The position numbers and the translations under genes are program-made. A DNA stretch of 63,686 nucleotides, counting the filler, from Hyphochytrium catenoides (taxonomy: Eukaryota > Protista > Hyphochytriomycota): assembly GCA_900088475.1 (NCBI GenBank). It is 11 parts of 11 records of this genome, joined end to end, with 100 filler letters (N's around TTAATTAATTAA, not from the genome) between each part and the next. Parts side by side here need not be neighbours in the genome. Positions count along the whole stretch, not along the records: positions 1 to 26,304 come from FLMG01002087.1; 10 more parts are not named here. One strand, written 5' to 3'. The first letter of the stretch is position 1; each line of letters starts with the position of its first letter. The notes below the pieces were generated by a model. It had not been told where the DNA came from. It was given only the letters and a program-made list of their open reading frames with translations, and ran no database searches. This document shows positions 1 to 12,183 of the stretch, piece by piece.

Positions 1-1310
1 GGTGCTACCAGAAGCGTCCGCGTTATTAGTGGCATACAACTTGCCTCCAAAATATGAGTCCAGGCTTACGCCAAGACCTCCAGACACCACCATGGAAGCC
101 GTAGTCGTCGAACTAGCCTCCAAAGAGTTAGACGCTGTCAGTACACCACCAATATACGTGTTCTTAGCAACACCAACACCACCACTCACAATCAATGAAC
201 CCGTGCTACTATCAGAAGCCTCAGCGTTATTAGTGGCATACACCTTGCCTCCAAAGTATGAGTCCAGGCCTACCCCAAGACCTCCAGACACCACCATGGA
301 AGCCGTAGTCGTCGAACTAGCCTCCAAAGTGTTAGCCGCTGTCAGTACACCACCAATGTACGCGTCCTTAGCAACACCAACACCACCACTCACAATTAAC
401 GAACCTGTGCTGCTATCAGAGGCGTCAGCGTTATTAGTGGCATACAACTTACCGCCAAAGTATGAGTCCAGGCCTACGCCAAGACCTCCAGACACCACCA
501 TGGAAGCCGTAGTCGTCGAACTAGCTTCCAAAGAGTTAGCCGCTGTCAGAACACCACCAATATACGTGTTCTTAGCCACTCCAACACCACCACTCACAAT
601 TAATGAACCGGTGCTGCTATCAGATGCCTCAGCGTTATTAATGGCATACATCTTGCCTCCAAAATATGAGTCCAGGCCTACGCCAAGACCTCCAGACACC
701 ACCATGGAAGCGGTAGTCGTCGAACTAGCCTCCAAAGAGTTAGACGCTGTCAAAACACCACCAATATATGTGTTCTTAGCAATACCAACACCACCACTCA
801 CAACCAACGAACCCGTGGAGCTATCAGAAGCCTCAGCATTATTAGTGGCATACACCTTGCCTCCAAAGTATGAGTCCAGGCCTACTCCAAGACCTCCAGA
901 CACCACCATGGAAGCCGTAGTCGTCGAACTAGCCTCCAAAGAGTTAGCCGCTGTCAGAACACCACCAATATACATGTTCTTAGCAACACCAACACCACCA
1001 CTCACGATTAATGAACCCGTGGTGCTATCAGAAGACTCAGCACTATTAGTGGCATAAAGCTTGCCGCCAAAATATGAGTCCAGGCCTACGCCAAGACCTC
1101 CAGACACCACCATGGAAGCCGTAGTCGTCGAACTAGCTTGCAAAGAGTTAGCAGCTGTCAGAACACCACCAATATACGTGTTCTTAGCCACTCCAACACC
1201 ACCACTGATAATCAACGAACCTGTGCTGCTATCAGAGGCGTCACCAGTATTAGTGGCATAAACTGTTCCACCAAAATATGAGTCCAGGGCTACCCCGAGA
1301 CCTCCAAAAA
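1..1310 (-). repeat. Coding tandem repeat, 204 bp (68 aa = 2 x 34-aa half-units), more than 6 copies
   Basis: The anchor ccaagacctccagacaccaccatgg recurs at 71, 275, 479, 683, 887, 1091 and, degenerate, at 1295. The minus-strand unit is GSLIVSGGVGVAKNTYIGGVLTAANSLEASSTTT / ASMVVSGGLGVGLDSYFGGKLYATNNADASDSST. Confidence 0.95.
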
Positions 1311-4300
1311 CTACCGCAGAACCGGTATTTGTTGTAGTAGCTTGTGCTGTGTTGGCTGCACTAAATATCCCCTCGATGTAAGCCATACCACCAACGTACA
1401 TGCCCTTTTCAATAGTAGCACCTCCTCGAGTTGAAAGACTGACAGCTGTGCCGCCATATGTAGTAGTGTCCGTCTCTCCGGAAATATGTAACCTGATCCC
1501 AGCGTAAATGATGCCTCCGCTATACACATTTCCGGCTGCAGCAATTCCTCCGGCTGTAACAATAGATCCCGTGGTGGGACTGGAGGACTCGACACCCGAC
1601 GAGGTGACCAGCCTGCCTCCTGGCAATTGGGAAAGGAGCAGAACGGGAGGTTAGCTGGTGCCTTCCTCCTGGCAATTGGGGAAGTGGCAATAGATCCCGT
1701 GGTGGGACTGGCGGACTCGACACTGCCTACCGTTTGAAATGACGTCTCCCTCTCCGGTAAGCTGGAGTCTCACTCCGGCACTATTGGACATTGTTATGAA
1801 GTCGAAGGAGTCGGATGTCAATACCCCTATACTGAGGGCTGTCGATACGAAACTCTGTGAAGTTGCTTCAATCCGGAGAATTTCTGCGCTAGCTTTTGAG
1901 TTGTACAACAAAATTGATCCATCTTCAATCATAAGATCAACCTGGAGAATGTGACGATATACGCTTAGAGATCTCCGGAGTGTATAGTGTCAACAACAAG
2001 AACAAAATGAGACCTACGTCGTTGCGAAGAGTGACACCTCCGCTATATACTGTCGCTCCGTTATAGATTGAGGACCCGCCTATGAAGAAGTCAAAATCAA
2101 TAGATATGTCGCATCGCCAAAAACTGCATCCTTACCGTAAGTCGTGGATCCACCGTAGGTTACGGATCCACCATTGACGAGCAGGCCACCCTCATCAAAG
2201 TGATCCCTGTTAACTATCACGTGACCCTGACCCGTAACGCTAAAAGCGGAAGAATAGCTTGACCCTGGCCACAAAAGCTGGGCGTCTAGCACGTCAAAGG
2301 TTGATGCAAGACTTCTGGAAGCTCGAAGCTGTGAAATTCCCCCGTATGCGGCGGAAGCAGGATGATGAGATAACCTATAAGTATTTTGTATAAATGAAGT
2401 AGAGTTAGAGGCATGACTAACCTGTAGCACCGACTGCCTCTGGCTTAGGCTACTGCCGAAGCTGGCATCGAGTGATTCGACCGAGAGAACATTCCCTTCA
2501 CCTAGTGAGCTGTGTATCTATGAGCAAGACGAGCCGTCAGCTGTGGGATTGCTGCACCCACATGTCCACAGAAGAAGATGCCAGGAACTTACCGTTCCTG
2601 AGTTATCCACCAAGAGACTGCCGACATGAGCAGTCTTCGCGGCTGCAATACCTCCAGGAGTGACGATCGCCCCAGCCGTATTGGCACTGAATATGGTGTC
2701 GGCGTCCAGACTGGAACCCACATAAAGTGCATCTGCGATGCTTGTGAAGCCATTGGCGCCGATTCGGAAGACTGTGCTTGCATTCCACCTGATACACCAT
2801 GGAATTCATTGGGACCAACCAGAACTAGTCAAACTCAAATAAAGACGCTTACCGCCCACGTAGCAGATTCGCTGTGCCCAGGGTAGAGGCTAGGTCAATG
2901 CTTATGACGTCTCCGTCAAACGATGCGTGCGTCTGAGACAGTTGAAGCGCTTGGACATCAAGACCTGTGGCTATTGCCGAAATGCCCCCATCACTAACAA
3001 GAAGACCTTCCTCCTCAACCGTAATGCCTTGCTTCACTTGGATTTTAGTTATTGTCTCAAACCCATCCCCTGTTTGTTTGTTTGGGTGAACGTAGCCGTT
3101 AGCGCCGTGTTACAAGCAGTGGAGTCAACTAATTGTGACAGTACCTCGCACCGTCCATACTGGCACATCATTGGCTTCTGCAACTAGCATAAAGAAGTCA
3201 TCACTGGCCGCCTTACGCGTCAGGATCGCCACCGCCGTACCAACGAAGTCCTCACTAGTTGATATGACCTCCAAGGCATTCCGATTGTCCCTAGATATAA
3301 CCCTATCGATGTTTACTGCACAGGCAGGACCTCCGAACTCGCCGGTACATTTACATTCACCCGTTCGAAAGTTACAGACACCTCTACCCGCACAGAATCT
3401 GAAAGCTTTTAAGGATGGATTAAGAGAGAGTGAGCTATATCGTGATGTCAGCAGGGAGAAAACAGCGATCCAGTCTTACCTGGGGCCGCCATAGGGTCAC
3501 CGACGTCGCTTAAGGTACAGGTGACAGATGAACCAGCAGGCGTTCCGTCAAAAAGCAGAATACCAGAGGTGTCACAATAGAAATAGCTCAGTGGCGGCCG
3601 CCCTTCGTGAAAGTAGAGGTTATTTTGCACTGGAGCTAATGTAAAGTTGGAAAAGGTTATGCTGAATGCTCCACTGTCCATGGCAGTGCAGCTTGCTGCC
3701 TTAACGCTCTTCAAGGTGGTAACTGCTGCTGAACATGATGACGCGAAAGTAGCGGAGCTGGGGTTGACAGGAAATGTAACTCGACTTGTTCCAAAGACAA
3801 GGGCAAGAGTTCCGCTTAAAGACTCAATGGTATGACCACCTGTTGTGGTCAGAGCAGCCTCAATCTGTCTCTGGGTTGTGGAGTATTCCTCAAGGGGAAG
3901 CGCAGGGTCAAAACCCATGGGGCACATTTCTAGTAGCACCATAAAAAGCAGGCAGGCGGCGTAGATTAGACGAAAAGTGTACGGCATCGAAATGAAGTCA
4001 GGACCTTACCATGCTGGCAAGCATGACCAAAGTAGCCCGGGTCACAATTACACATCATAGCGACCTCCGCTTCCCAGTTGTTGTACCTTATAAAACCCGG
4101 TTCATAGCTAGCCGGAGTCATGACGTGAATATCCGCCATGCTCACACACACACCATGACCTGAACAGCCCTTTGCACAGTCAACTAGATGGACGAAGACG
4201 TAGAGATCATCAATGGGCTGTGCCTGCTTAAAGGAAGTGTGGACACTCACATCTCTGGCATGCTGTGCCTGTTCGTCCTGGAAAGCATTCACATAGCCCG

Positions 4301-4623
4301 CTTTCGCGGTTGCAAATACCAGCATTAGAGCATTCCTCTTCCAAGTGGCTCTCTTCGTTACTCAGCACCTTCCCAACCAAGGCTAAGCCTGTGGCGCAAG
4401 TCCCTAATTTGTGTCCCAATCAGTCGCCTATTTTGGTAAATAATTCTCATTGTAGGTAGCACTTACGCAGTCGGCAGTCTATACCCGTCCAGCCATCGCT
4501 GCAGACGCAGGCCTGTGAGGGTCCATCGCAGTAACCGTGGCCAGAACAAGCATTACGACACGCCAGTCCAAAAGATGGCAGCAGGGTCACGAGGACGAGG
4601 ACCAGAAACCTGATCGTCGCCAT
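1..4623 (-). CDS. Large secreted protein (multi-exon, 3' end outside window): signal peptide, mastigoneme/Sig1-type EGF-like repeats, Gly/Ser/Thr-rich beta region and tandem 34-aa repeats
   Basis: ATG at 4623 gives MATIRFLVLVLVTLLPSFGLA-CRNACSGHGYC. GT-AG exons 4623-4467, 4403-4251, 4183-4010 and 3929-3480 join in phase and give ECSNAGICNRESGLCECFPGRTGTACQR, CSGHGVC, NWEAEVAMMCNCDPGYFGHAC..CPMGFDP and FCAGRGVCNFRTGECKC. The last exon (1620 to <1) is open and carries the repeats; the ORF track missed it because it has no stop in the window. Confidence 0.85.
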
Positions 4624-5672
4624 CCTCCCGTATCTCTATCCTTACGTCTTCATTCAGTATCGACTACCATGATCGATTGCGCACACAGCCACACGAGACG
4701 AGCTATGAGACGTAGATCAGGTTGGTATCTAGCGCCGGGGCGTATGGCAAGCCTTTGCTACCTCAGAGGCTTGCTTCGGTGATGTAGTGGCGGTCTATGG
4801 TAGCAGCAAATGGAGCCCGCAAGTGATAATAAGAAGGAAGCAATGTTCTAGGCTGCCTACGGCTCATCAGGCCCTGGTGTCTTGACTATTCAATGGCCGC
4901 TTTTGATCAACTCTGAAAAGGATCTGGCCTGGGGTACGGTAGACGTAGAACAGTAGTGGCGAAGAGTTTGTAATAAGCTATGGAACGGGTAGAAGAACTT
5001 CGGAAGAGGAGGGCGGCGGGAATCTGAGCTTGCACAGTACTGTTTTATGATTACCTGACTACAAGGGACTAGATTTGGGATTTTTCTAATAGCCCAGCTT
5101 ATGCTCGGAGACGCCCGGCCCCCATAGGCAGGTCTCAGTATCATACTTGTGTCTCTTCACGACCTGCACACTTGAAGTACTTATCCCCAATGGTGCTTAC
5201 TTATTCTGAACCGTCATCACGAATCACAGATCATCTCATCGGCATCAACCATCAGCAATCAGCAACGACACTAATCGGCATTCAGTCCAAACAGTGTAAT
5301 TAGTAATGTATGGAGGAACCATCAAGGGGTTGCCGCCCGAGCTGCTTCTCTCGAGCTTCGCCCCGGAAAGTGTGGACAAGGAAAGGAGGCCAGACCATGA
5401 GAAACAAAGTAAATGAAGATAAGGAAGAGGGTCAGCAAGTAAACCAGTAGCAATCTATGTATGAGCTTCCACAAGCAACAAGAAATAACAAGCCGCGCGG
5501 GTCGCAGCTCCCCTTCGCGAGGCCGTGTAACTCTTCTTTCTTGTCGCCATACATCGGAGCACTTCGTTAAGGCTATTAAGGCTGAAAGTAGCTGGGCCCC
5601 CTTGAAATAAACGTCCTGACCGCCATGGTCCACCACTAACTATTCAGCTTATGGGAGCGGGCGACCTAAGGT

Positions 5673-7536
5673 ATGGATGCTTCCCTGGAGTTTGAGCGGC
5701 AAGCAACCCTCTTGGAGGAACAGGCAAGATTGATAATTGTGGCCGACACCCAACAAAGACACCTTTATTGATGCCTACATTTGATGCTAGGGTGACTATA
5801 TTCAAGCCATAATACTCCTAGAGAATGCATTAGCATGTAGGCAACGAGAAACTGCGGGTAACCCTCAAACGGTAAGCAAGCGGGCTTCGCGGGCGCTTGC
5901 CTCTAGGAACGCCTTGTTAAGCTTTTACGGTTGTCCTCCTACTTGTATAGGACTGGTCTCTCTGCAGCCGGCTAGCTCAACTATGCAATCTATTGGCCAT
6001 GATCTGGTTGCAGGAAGGTAGAAGGCCTTGGCTTAGAAGTTTATAATTGTATCTCCTCAGCATATCCCTATTCACGTCATTTGTGGTCTTGCCATATTCA
6101 GGGAAGCTCTCAGAGGCGCATGAATTGTTGCAGAAGGCTGAACTTCTTACTCAACATGACAAGATCGGCCGTGCCACCACGTTCAATAACCTAGCTTGCT
6201 ACTATCGGCGGGTGGGTCAGCTCCACGCTGCCGCTACAAGTTTGACACAGGCCCTGAGTCTAGAGAAGGAAGTGGACAATGTGTGTTTATTAGCGTTGAC
6301 TTCACGCTAAAGCTTCTAGGGCTTATACCCATTTCATCTCTCCTCAGACACAAAATTCTGCAGATACACATCTCAACCTTTGTGCTGTCCTATCTGAGCT
6401 TGGACGGCATCAGTCGGCCCTTGAAAACTGTCAGCAAGCCTTCCGATTGCTGAAGGTATATTGAAAGAGACAGTCAGGGATCCCTTCAGCAACTGAGCCA
6501 TCCTCCCTGTACCTGCGGTTTAGGACGAGATCCTGTCCAATCGTGAAGCAGTGNNNNNNNNNNNNNNNNNNNNNNNNNNNNNNNNNNNNNNNNNNNNNNN
6601 NNNNNNNNNNNNAAGCCGCAGTTGGCACTCCAGAGTTATGAGCAAGTACGTATTGACTGTGAATGCTCTCATACTCCGTTTGTCAGGTTTACGAAGATTT
6701 GTTCGGCAGGGTCACGAAATAGCGCGGAGACACTTGGGAAGTGATCATGGAATTACGGCGACTTTGATGAAAGCGATCCAGGGAGGTAGGCTGGGCAACA
6801 ATTTTGTTGATTGCTATCCTTGTTCTTAAGACCCATTGCTCTTACAGTCAAAAAGGCAAGGAACAAGAAGAGCGAGGTCTGTATCATATCCCCTGAGTTT
6901 TTCCCTCTCTTCTCTTGCGCTTCCACACTGGCGCCCTTTCTATAGCTCCGTTGAGCGCCAATTTATTCAACTCTGACTTTAGCTACCGGCAATAACAAAA
7001 TCAAGACCCTCAGCGAAGTCTACTATCGGACAATGGACACCATTCAAGGTACGGATCACCGTTCGCAGTCGCGCACACCGAGGTCGTCTAGAGACGATGA
7101 ATATTTACATGCTGCAAATGCACAATGAAAGCTAGAGAAGAGCGTCAGTACACGGTCTATCATTAAGTAAGGTTGGAGCAACATGGAGGTGATTACGGTA
7201 TTGACACCACCATGTAGCGGTATTTTTTTTCTTATACTTAGCATTAAACCGTATGCTTTCCGTACGCAGCAACCTGGAACCAAGCTGAGCCATGAGCTGC
7301 TTCAAGCTGTTGGGCTGATGGATAGTGGCAAAAGGGACTGTGGTCCAAAGGCAAGCTCTAAAGGGACTCTGCACAGTAGGCCTCTTGCCAAGAATCAAAA
7401 AGCTGAAGCTTCTGAGGAGAAACGCACGGATGCGGCTGAGAGAAATGAGGGCTCACAAGTCGCCGATGCAGTGCCACGCCAAGATCACGGACCGATGACA
7501 ACTGGCCTGGTGGAAATGATGTCCCCTAGACCTTGA
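5673..7536 (+). CDS. Tetratricopeptide-repeat (TPR) protein, multi-exon, spans an assembly gap
   Basis: Spliced MDASLEFERQATLLEEQ|GDYIQAIILLENALACR..LCNLLAMIWLQE|GKLSEAHELLQKAELLT..ATTFNNLACYYRRVGQLHAA..ADTHLNLCAVLSELGRHQSAL, which are typical TPR helices. The 3' end is uncertain. Confidence 0.75.
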
Positions 7537-7629
7537 AATAAGATTGAGAGTCCTCTAATAGATGTAAAGGACTCTTTACCTAGCAAACAGTTCTAGTAGG
7601 CTGACAAGTGATTGAGGTCGAACTAGTTT

Positions 7630-9400
7630 ATTCTCTGAGTACAAACTCATTTAGCTCTTGTTGCACTTGGCGGCCTCTAAATACCTCAGTATGGTTTGCG
7701 GACTGTCCTTCAGCCTGTGATCGAGATATCTTAGGAGATTCTACAGACTTCCAAAAGGAATGACAAATACAGCGTAGGAAGTTGGAGATCTGGCACTCAT
7801 TTTGCAAGAAGGGTTGAAAATAAAGCCAGCAGGAAATTGGAGTTGATGGCAACTGTCAACTTTACAGGGTTGATTTACCCTACCTGCTTGCATCTAGCTC
7901 ATAAGTTCCGCAACTGTGGACTATGCTCATGACGGTGATGGGCCTAAGGAAGTCAATCATGGCCCGTCGCTGACTGATAGAGATATGTTTGATGGTGCTC
8001 ACGGGAAACATTTGCTCTTCGACTGACCATAGAGACTGAAAACGTATGACAAGATCGCCTGAAGAATATTTTTTAGTCAAAGGGTCAATATAAGCGCTGA
8101 GCAGATGCACCTTTCCAGGGCTGGTTCTTTGAATAGACGGTACCCCACCTGTAGAGTTGAATATAAAGAGCCCCTCCGTCCAAGTACCATTCAACATGGA
8201 TTCGTGATATAGAGCATAACTTTGTGACCAAGCCAAGCATAATGCCAGTAGCCCACCGAACCTGGTGAAGAGGAAACTCAGCGACTAGAACTCTCTAAAG
8301 GAACACGACAGCAGAAGGGCTGCCTGAGTAGAGCCATTGATAACTCAAGGAGACCTTTTAATAAATGGACCTAAGGATGCTCAGCTTGTCCATGCGAAAA
8401 GTGGTAAAAATGTCGCAGAACTAATCCAGCAAAACCAAAAAAGGCTCAATCGAACTGCCAATGAGCGAGACAGGTAATCACAACTTTCACATCGTTAGAG
8501 TCATCGATCATCAAATGCTAAATTTGGGGAAATGAATAGCAGAAGTGATCGTTCTTCAACTTACAAGGAGATGACCGTCGTCAGGTAGAAGAACTTTGAT
8601 ATGGCTGTGGCATGCCCCATGTCATCCTGACTGAGTAACCCCAGCACGTAGGAGAATGGAAAGACTGAGAATAGGAACGCCAAGACATAATAGACGCTAG
8701 TTTGCGGCCGGTGAGTAGAATAGAATGCCTATGAACGATAGCTAAAGTTAGTACCAGCCACCTTGCATGCCAAGACGTAAGTGTCTCCAGCCATTGGATT
8801 GGGAACAATGCACTTAATAAAGAAGAAGATCTGAGAAAGGGTTCGCAATATCGTAATGGTTAAGGTTGCACCGAGAAAAAGGAGAACAGATCTTGCCTTC
8901 GTAGAGCATGGAAGTCCGGCGCCCAGCACTACATCATCTCGGCCGTCCGTATCGTCGGAGAGAAGCGGAACGTTTCCCTCTTCTAATCCCCCTCTTGTTT
9001 TGAGCAGTGCCCCACTCACTTCGCCCTGGTAAGAGTTAAGCAGCTCCTTCCAGCCGAGCATCTCTCCGGGTCCTTTAAGCGTCAACCGACTGCCGGGCGA
9101 CGTACAGAGCCAGCGATTGCTTGGCCGCAGAAGCCCGATGCAGGCTGAGTACCAAAAGAAGATGAGTCACAATGCACGGATCGATCGCTGACGAGATCAA
9201 AAGCATATAGAGTTGGGCTGTCTATGATAGGAGAACGCTCCGGAGAAGATTTGTTGAGCGGACCGCAGTTGATTTCTCTTATACACAGAGAGCGGTACTA
9301 GCAAGGATAGAGCCTACGTCCAGAGCTCGTGATGGTTGTGAAGGCCTTGCGCTGGAGAAGCTGCTGAAGAGATGCATCAAACGCGGGCGACGTCAGAAAG
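7630..9400 (-). CDS. Hypothetical multi-exon protein
   Basis: Several protein-like minus ORFs (7880-8236, 8581-8808, 8729-9085) flanked by splice-like signals. No confident family and the boundaries are approximate. Confidence 0.4.
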
Positions 9401-9488
9401 GTTAGAAGAAGCTCCAAAGGAAGCAAAGGACAATTCACAGCACTTCAACATGCCTCATGTCCCATGTATTCCCAGATGGCGTTAGCGG

Positions 9489-12087
9489 CTAGCCTCCCAA
9501 TGCCTCATCTGATCTATGAATGCAGCTTGTAACAACAGCTGGGAGATCAACAGACTTTGTCTCCATAGATGGATAATAAGCCAGAGGAGAGCGAGGAGAC
9601 AAGACCGAGACAGGAGCGAGAGAGCGCTGGGTCCTGTCTTTGATGAAGGTGAAGTCTGCTGGCTGCTGGCATTCAACTGGGAATCCTCTTGGCGTGGGAG
9701 CGAGAGGTGACGGTCGTCCTAGCACTAGTCGCGGGTACCGCATATGCCGAGAGGAGGGAAGTGAGGGTAGCATTTTCCTCTCTATCAAAAGAGCTTTACC
9801 GAGAGGCTCGTCCGTACCACGATGTGAGGGGTGATTGGAGATGTACCCAGCCATTCCATCGAAGGTTATCTATTTCCTTGGTATGATAGTCGAGCATTAT
9901 CTCGAGAAGGTGTTAATCGGTTCACCTATTTATCCTCCATTAGCTTTGATGGCTCTTGCAGCAACAAAGCACGATCAACTTCTTCTCATGCTGTTATGAG
10001 AAAAGGAGAAGAGAATCTCTTTTCAGGTTCCTACCAAGATAGTTGAACTGCGGTAGAGCTGTTCACATGAAGCTATTGAGCTAAAATTGGGCAATGTCGC
10101 GCACCAGGAACGTTGACATGCAACGTGTCTGAAGAAAGGTGTAGTGAGAATAACGATGAATAGGGCCTTAAGACCTATTCATGTCAGCTAGTACAGTCCC
10201 TTGGTGACAACGTCAGCAGTCATCTCATTGCAGGAAGCAGATCTCAGTAGTAGACGTGGGTTCCCATCATTCAAGAAAGAACTACCTAAATGTGCCTTCC
10301 AAAACCTCAACAACCAAATTTGGGAGTCCTTAACCTCCCGCTCCCTCCTTCGGCAGTAAAGACGACTCGAACAAGGCATCAGCAGTCCAACACCTTATAG
10401 CAGCGCGAGAGTCAGGAAAGAGGCTCTCACACTCAATGTAGGACTACAATACGTCGTATAAGATTGGGTGACAGTATTGATGGTCATCTTCCTAGTACGC
10501 ATGCTGTCCAGGTGCCCACAGCAAGTAGCTCGCTCGTGCCTTAGGCACTTGCAGAACCACGCGACACAAGTCCACATTTCCTCCATCCTTCTCCTAATAT
10601 ATGTTTCCCGTCTAGTCTCCATCGATCTATCTAGACGACTAGACTAGCTCACAGTTATTAAGTCTAAGGCGCTATTCATCATCTTAGATCTCACTCCATC
10701 CTTTACAGATACATCAACGCACGTGATCCAGTCCACCGGGAGACCCTTGGCCAAATCTGAGCATACTAGCCTCATTGAAAACAATCTCTATTACTCTTCA
10801 AAGATAAAGATAAACAACATAAAGCTTGCACTGGCAGTCAAAGTCGCTTTATAAAGCCTGACTGATTGCCGACCGCATTGGTCTTCTAGTGACGTACGCA
10901 GAACACGAGTAGCTTACCTTTTACTGCGGGCGTCGTCAACGACGGAAGCGGAGTGCTTTCTTTGAACTGCAAGCCAGCAACAGTTTCCGCCAGACTCCTG
11001 TCTGCGTGACAGGAAAGAATCAGAAAATTAGCTGTTCGCGTTTAAAACCCCGCGCGACCTGCGATCCCTGAGCAAAAGAAATTTGAAAAGAAATTTTGAT
11101 CCAAGAAAGCGCATCGAGGATGTCAGAGATACCAAACGTCATTCGTCCCAGCCGGTGGCTGGGGTCAGACGGCACTTCCTAATTCGGTTGACTCTCATCA
11201 TTTTCCTCATGCTTTAAAGTAGACACAACAGCAATTCATGTGGCACGAAGACAGATGGACACAAAGTAGAACGCAGCTTGATGTAATAAGGTCAGCTGTG
11301 CAACATACCAGGGATCTCCTTCGTCGCATTGAGCTCGTTAGAACAGAGTGCAATAGTAACAGGCTTCACGAGCCAAGCAGGACGGGTAGCCCTCTGGCCT
11401 TGGCAGATGTATCACCGATCCTAGATGCTGGCTGGCATCATGAGTTCTTTAGGAAGTGCCAGTCTCGTAGGTAGTAATGTCAATGTAGTTGGAGCTTTGA
11501 AGCTTTTTCTGCTGCCAACTGTGTAGCGTAGCTGGTGATGAGTGATGAGAGGAAGGCGACAGCTGCCCTCCAGATGCACCGCATCCACTCACCTCCAGTT
11601 GTCCCAAGTTATCCGGGTTTACATCTACAAACCCATGTTGACTCACAAAGCGAAAGGACCTTCAAATGTTGTATGAGCTTTTGTGCTTCCTTTACTTAAA
11701 GGCCCTTCGCCCATCACGACTTTTCGTTTTTCGACCAGAACAGAAGGAACCAAGATGGACAGAGCGCCGAGGGCTCAAGCTTCTTATCATTACCTTACCA
11801 GTCACGAAGGTTGATAGGGCAGTAGCTAGCGCTACGTCGTTAGCAGTGCACCCCACCTCGCTAATCAGCTCGTAGTCTCAGCGCAGGGTAATACTAATCA
11901 TCTAGTGGGTTGAAGCCAAGGAAGACAGAGTCGCTGATGGAATGGGCTTTGTAGACGAAACGTGAAAGGAGCCTTCGGCCTCTTCACCCTGGTTGGGCTC
12001 TCTCCTTTGGACTTCTTCAACCTGTATGGCCGTCTGGCAATTAGGACATCGATATTTATCAAGGACACCGCAGTAATCTTTGGACAT
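9489..12087 (-). CDS. Hypothetical multi-exon protein, divergent from CFAP221
   Basis: ATG near 12087 (MSKDYCGVLDKYRCPNCQ) and several minus-strand donors (e.g. AAAG|gtaagc near 10918), plus ORF 9489-9854. The exon chain was not fully resolved. Confidence 0.3.
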
Positions 12088-12183
12088 GGTGCCAGCTGCA
12101 ACCTGGAATCTCACCAGACGCATTATTGTAGTGGAATGTAGAGCCACCTGGTGTTGATATCACCTCGTCGTCTACCCTCGAAA

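Noticed and set aside
2-1261. 351-aa and 66-aa Pro/Thr-rich plus-strand repeat ORFs
   Set aside because: Antisense shadow of the minus-strand gene: the plus frame has stops at 1057 and 1261, while the minus frame is open and linked to spliced exons.
1-1310. CRISPR-like array
   Set aside because: The units are contiguous 204-bp coding repeats without unique spacers, in a eukaryotic context with no cas genes.
10912-10926. U5 snRNA loop-like CCTTTTAC
   Set aside because: No supporting stem; better explained as the reverse complement of a splice donor (AAAG|GTAAGC).
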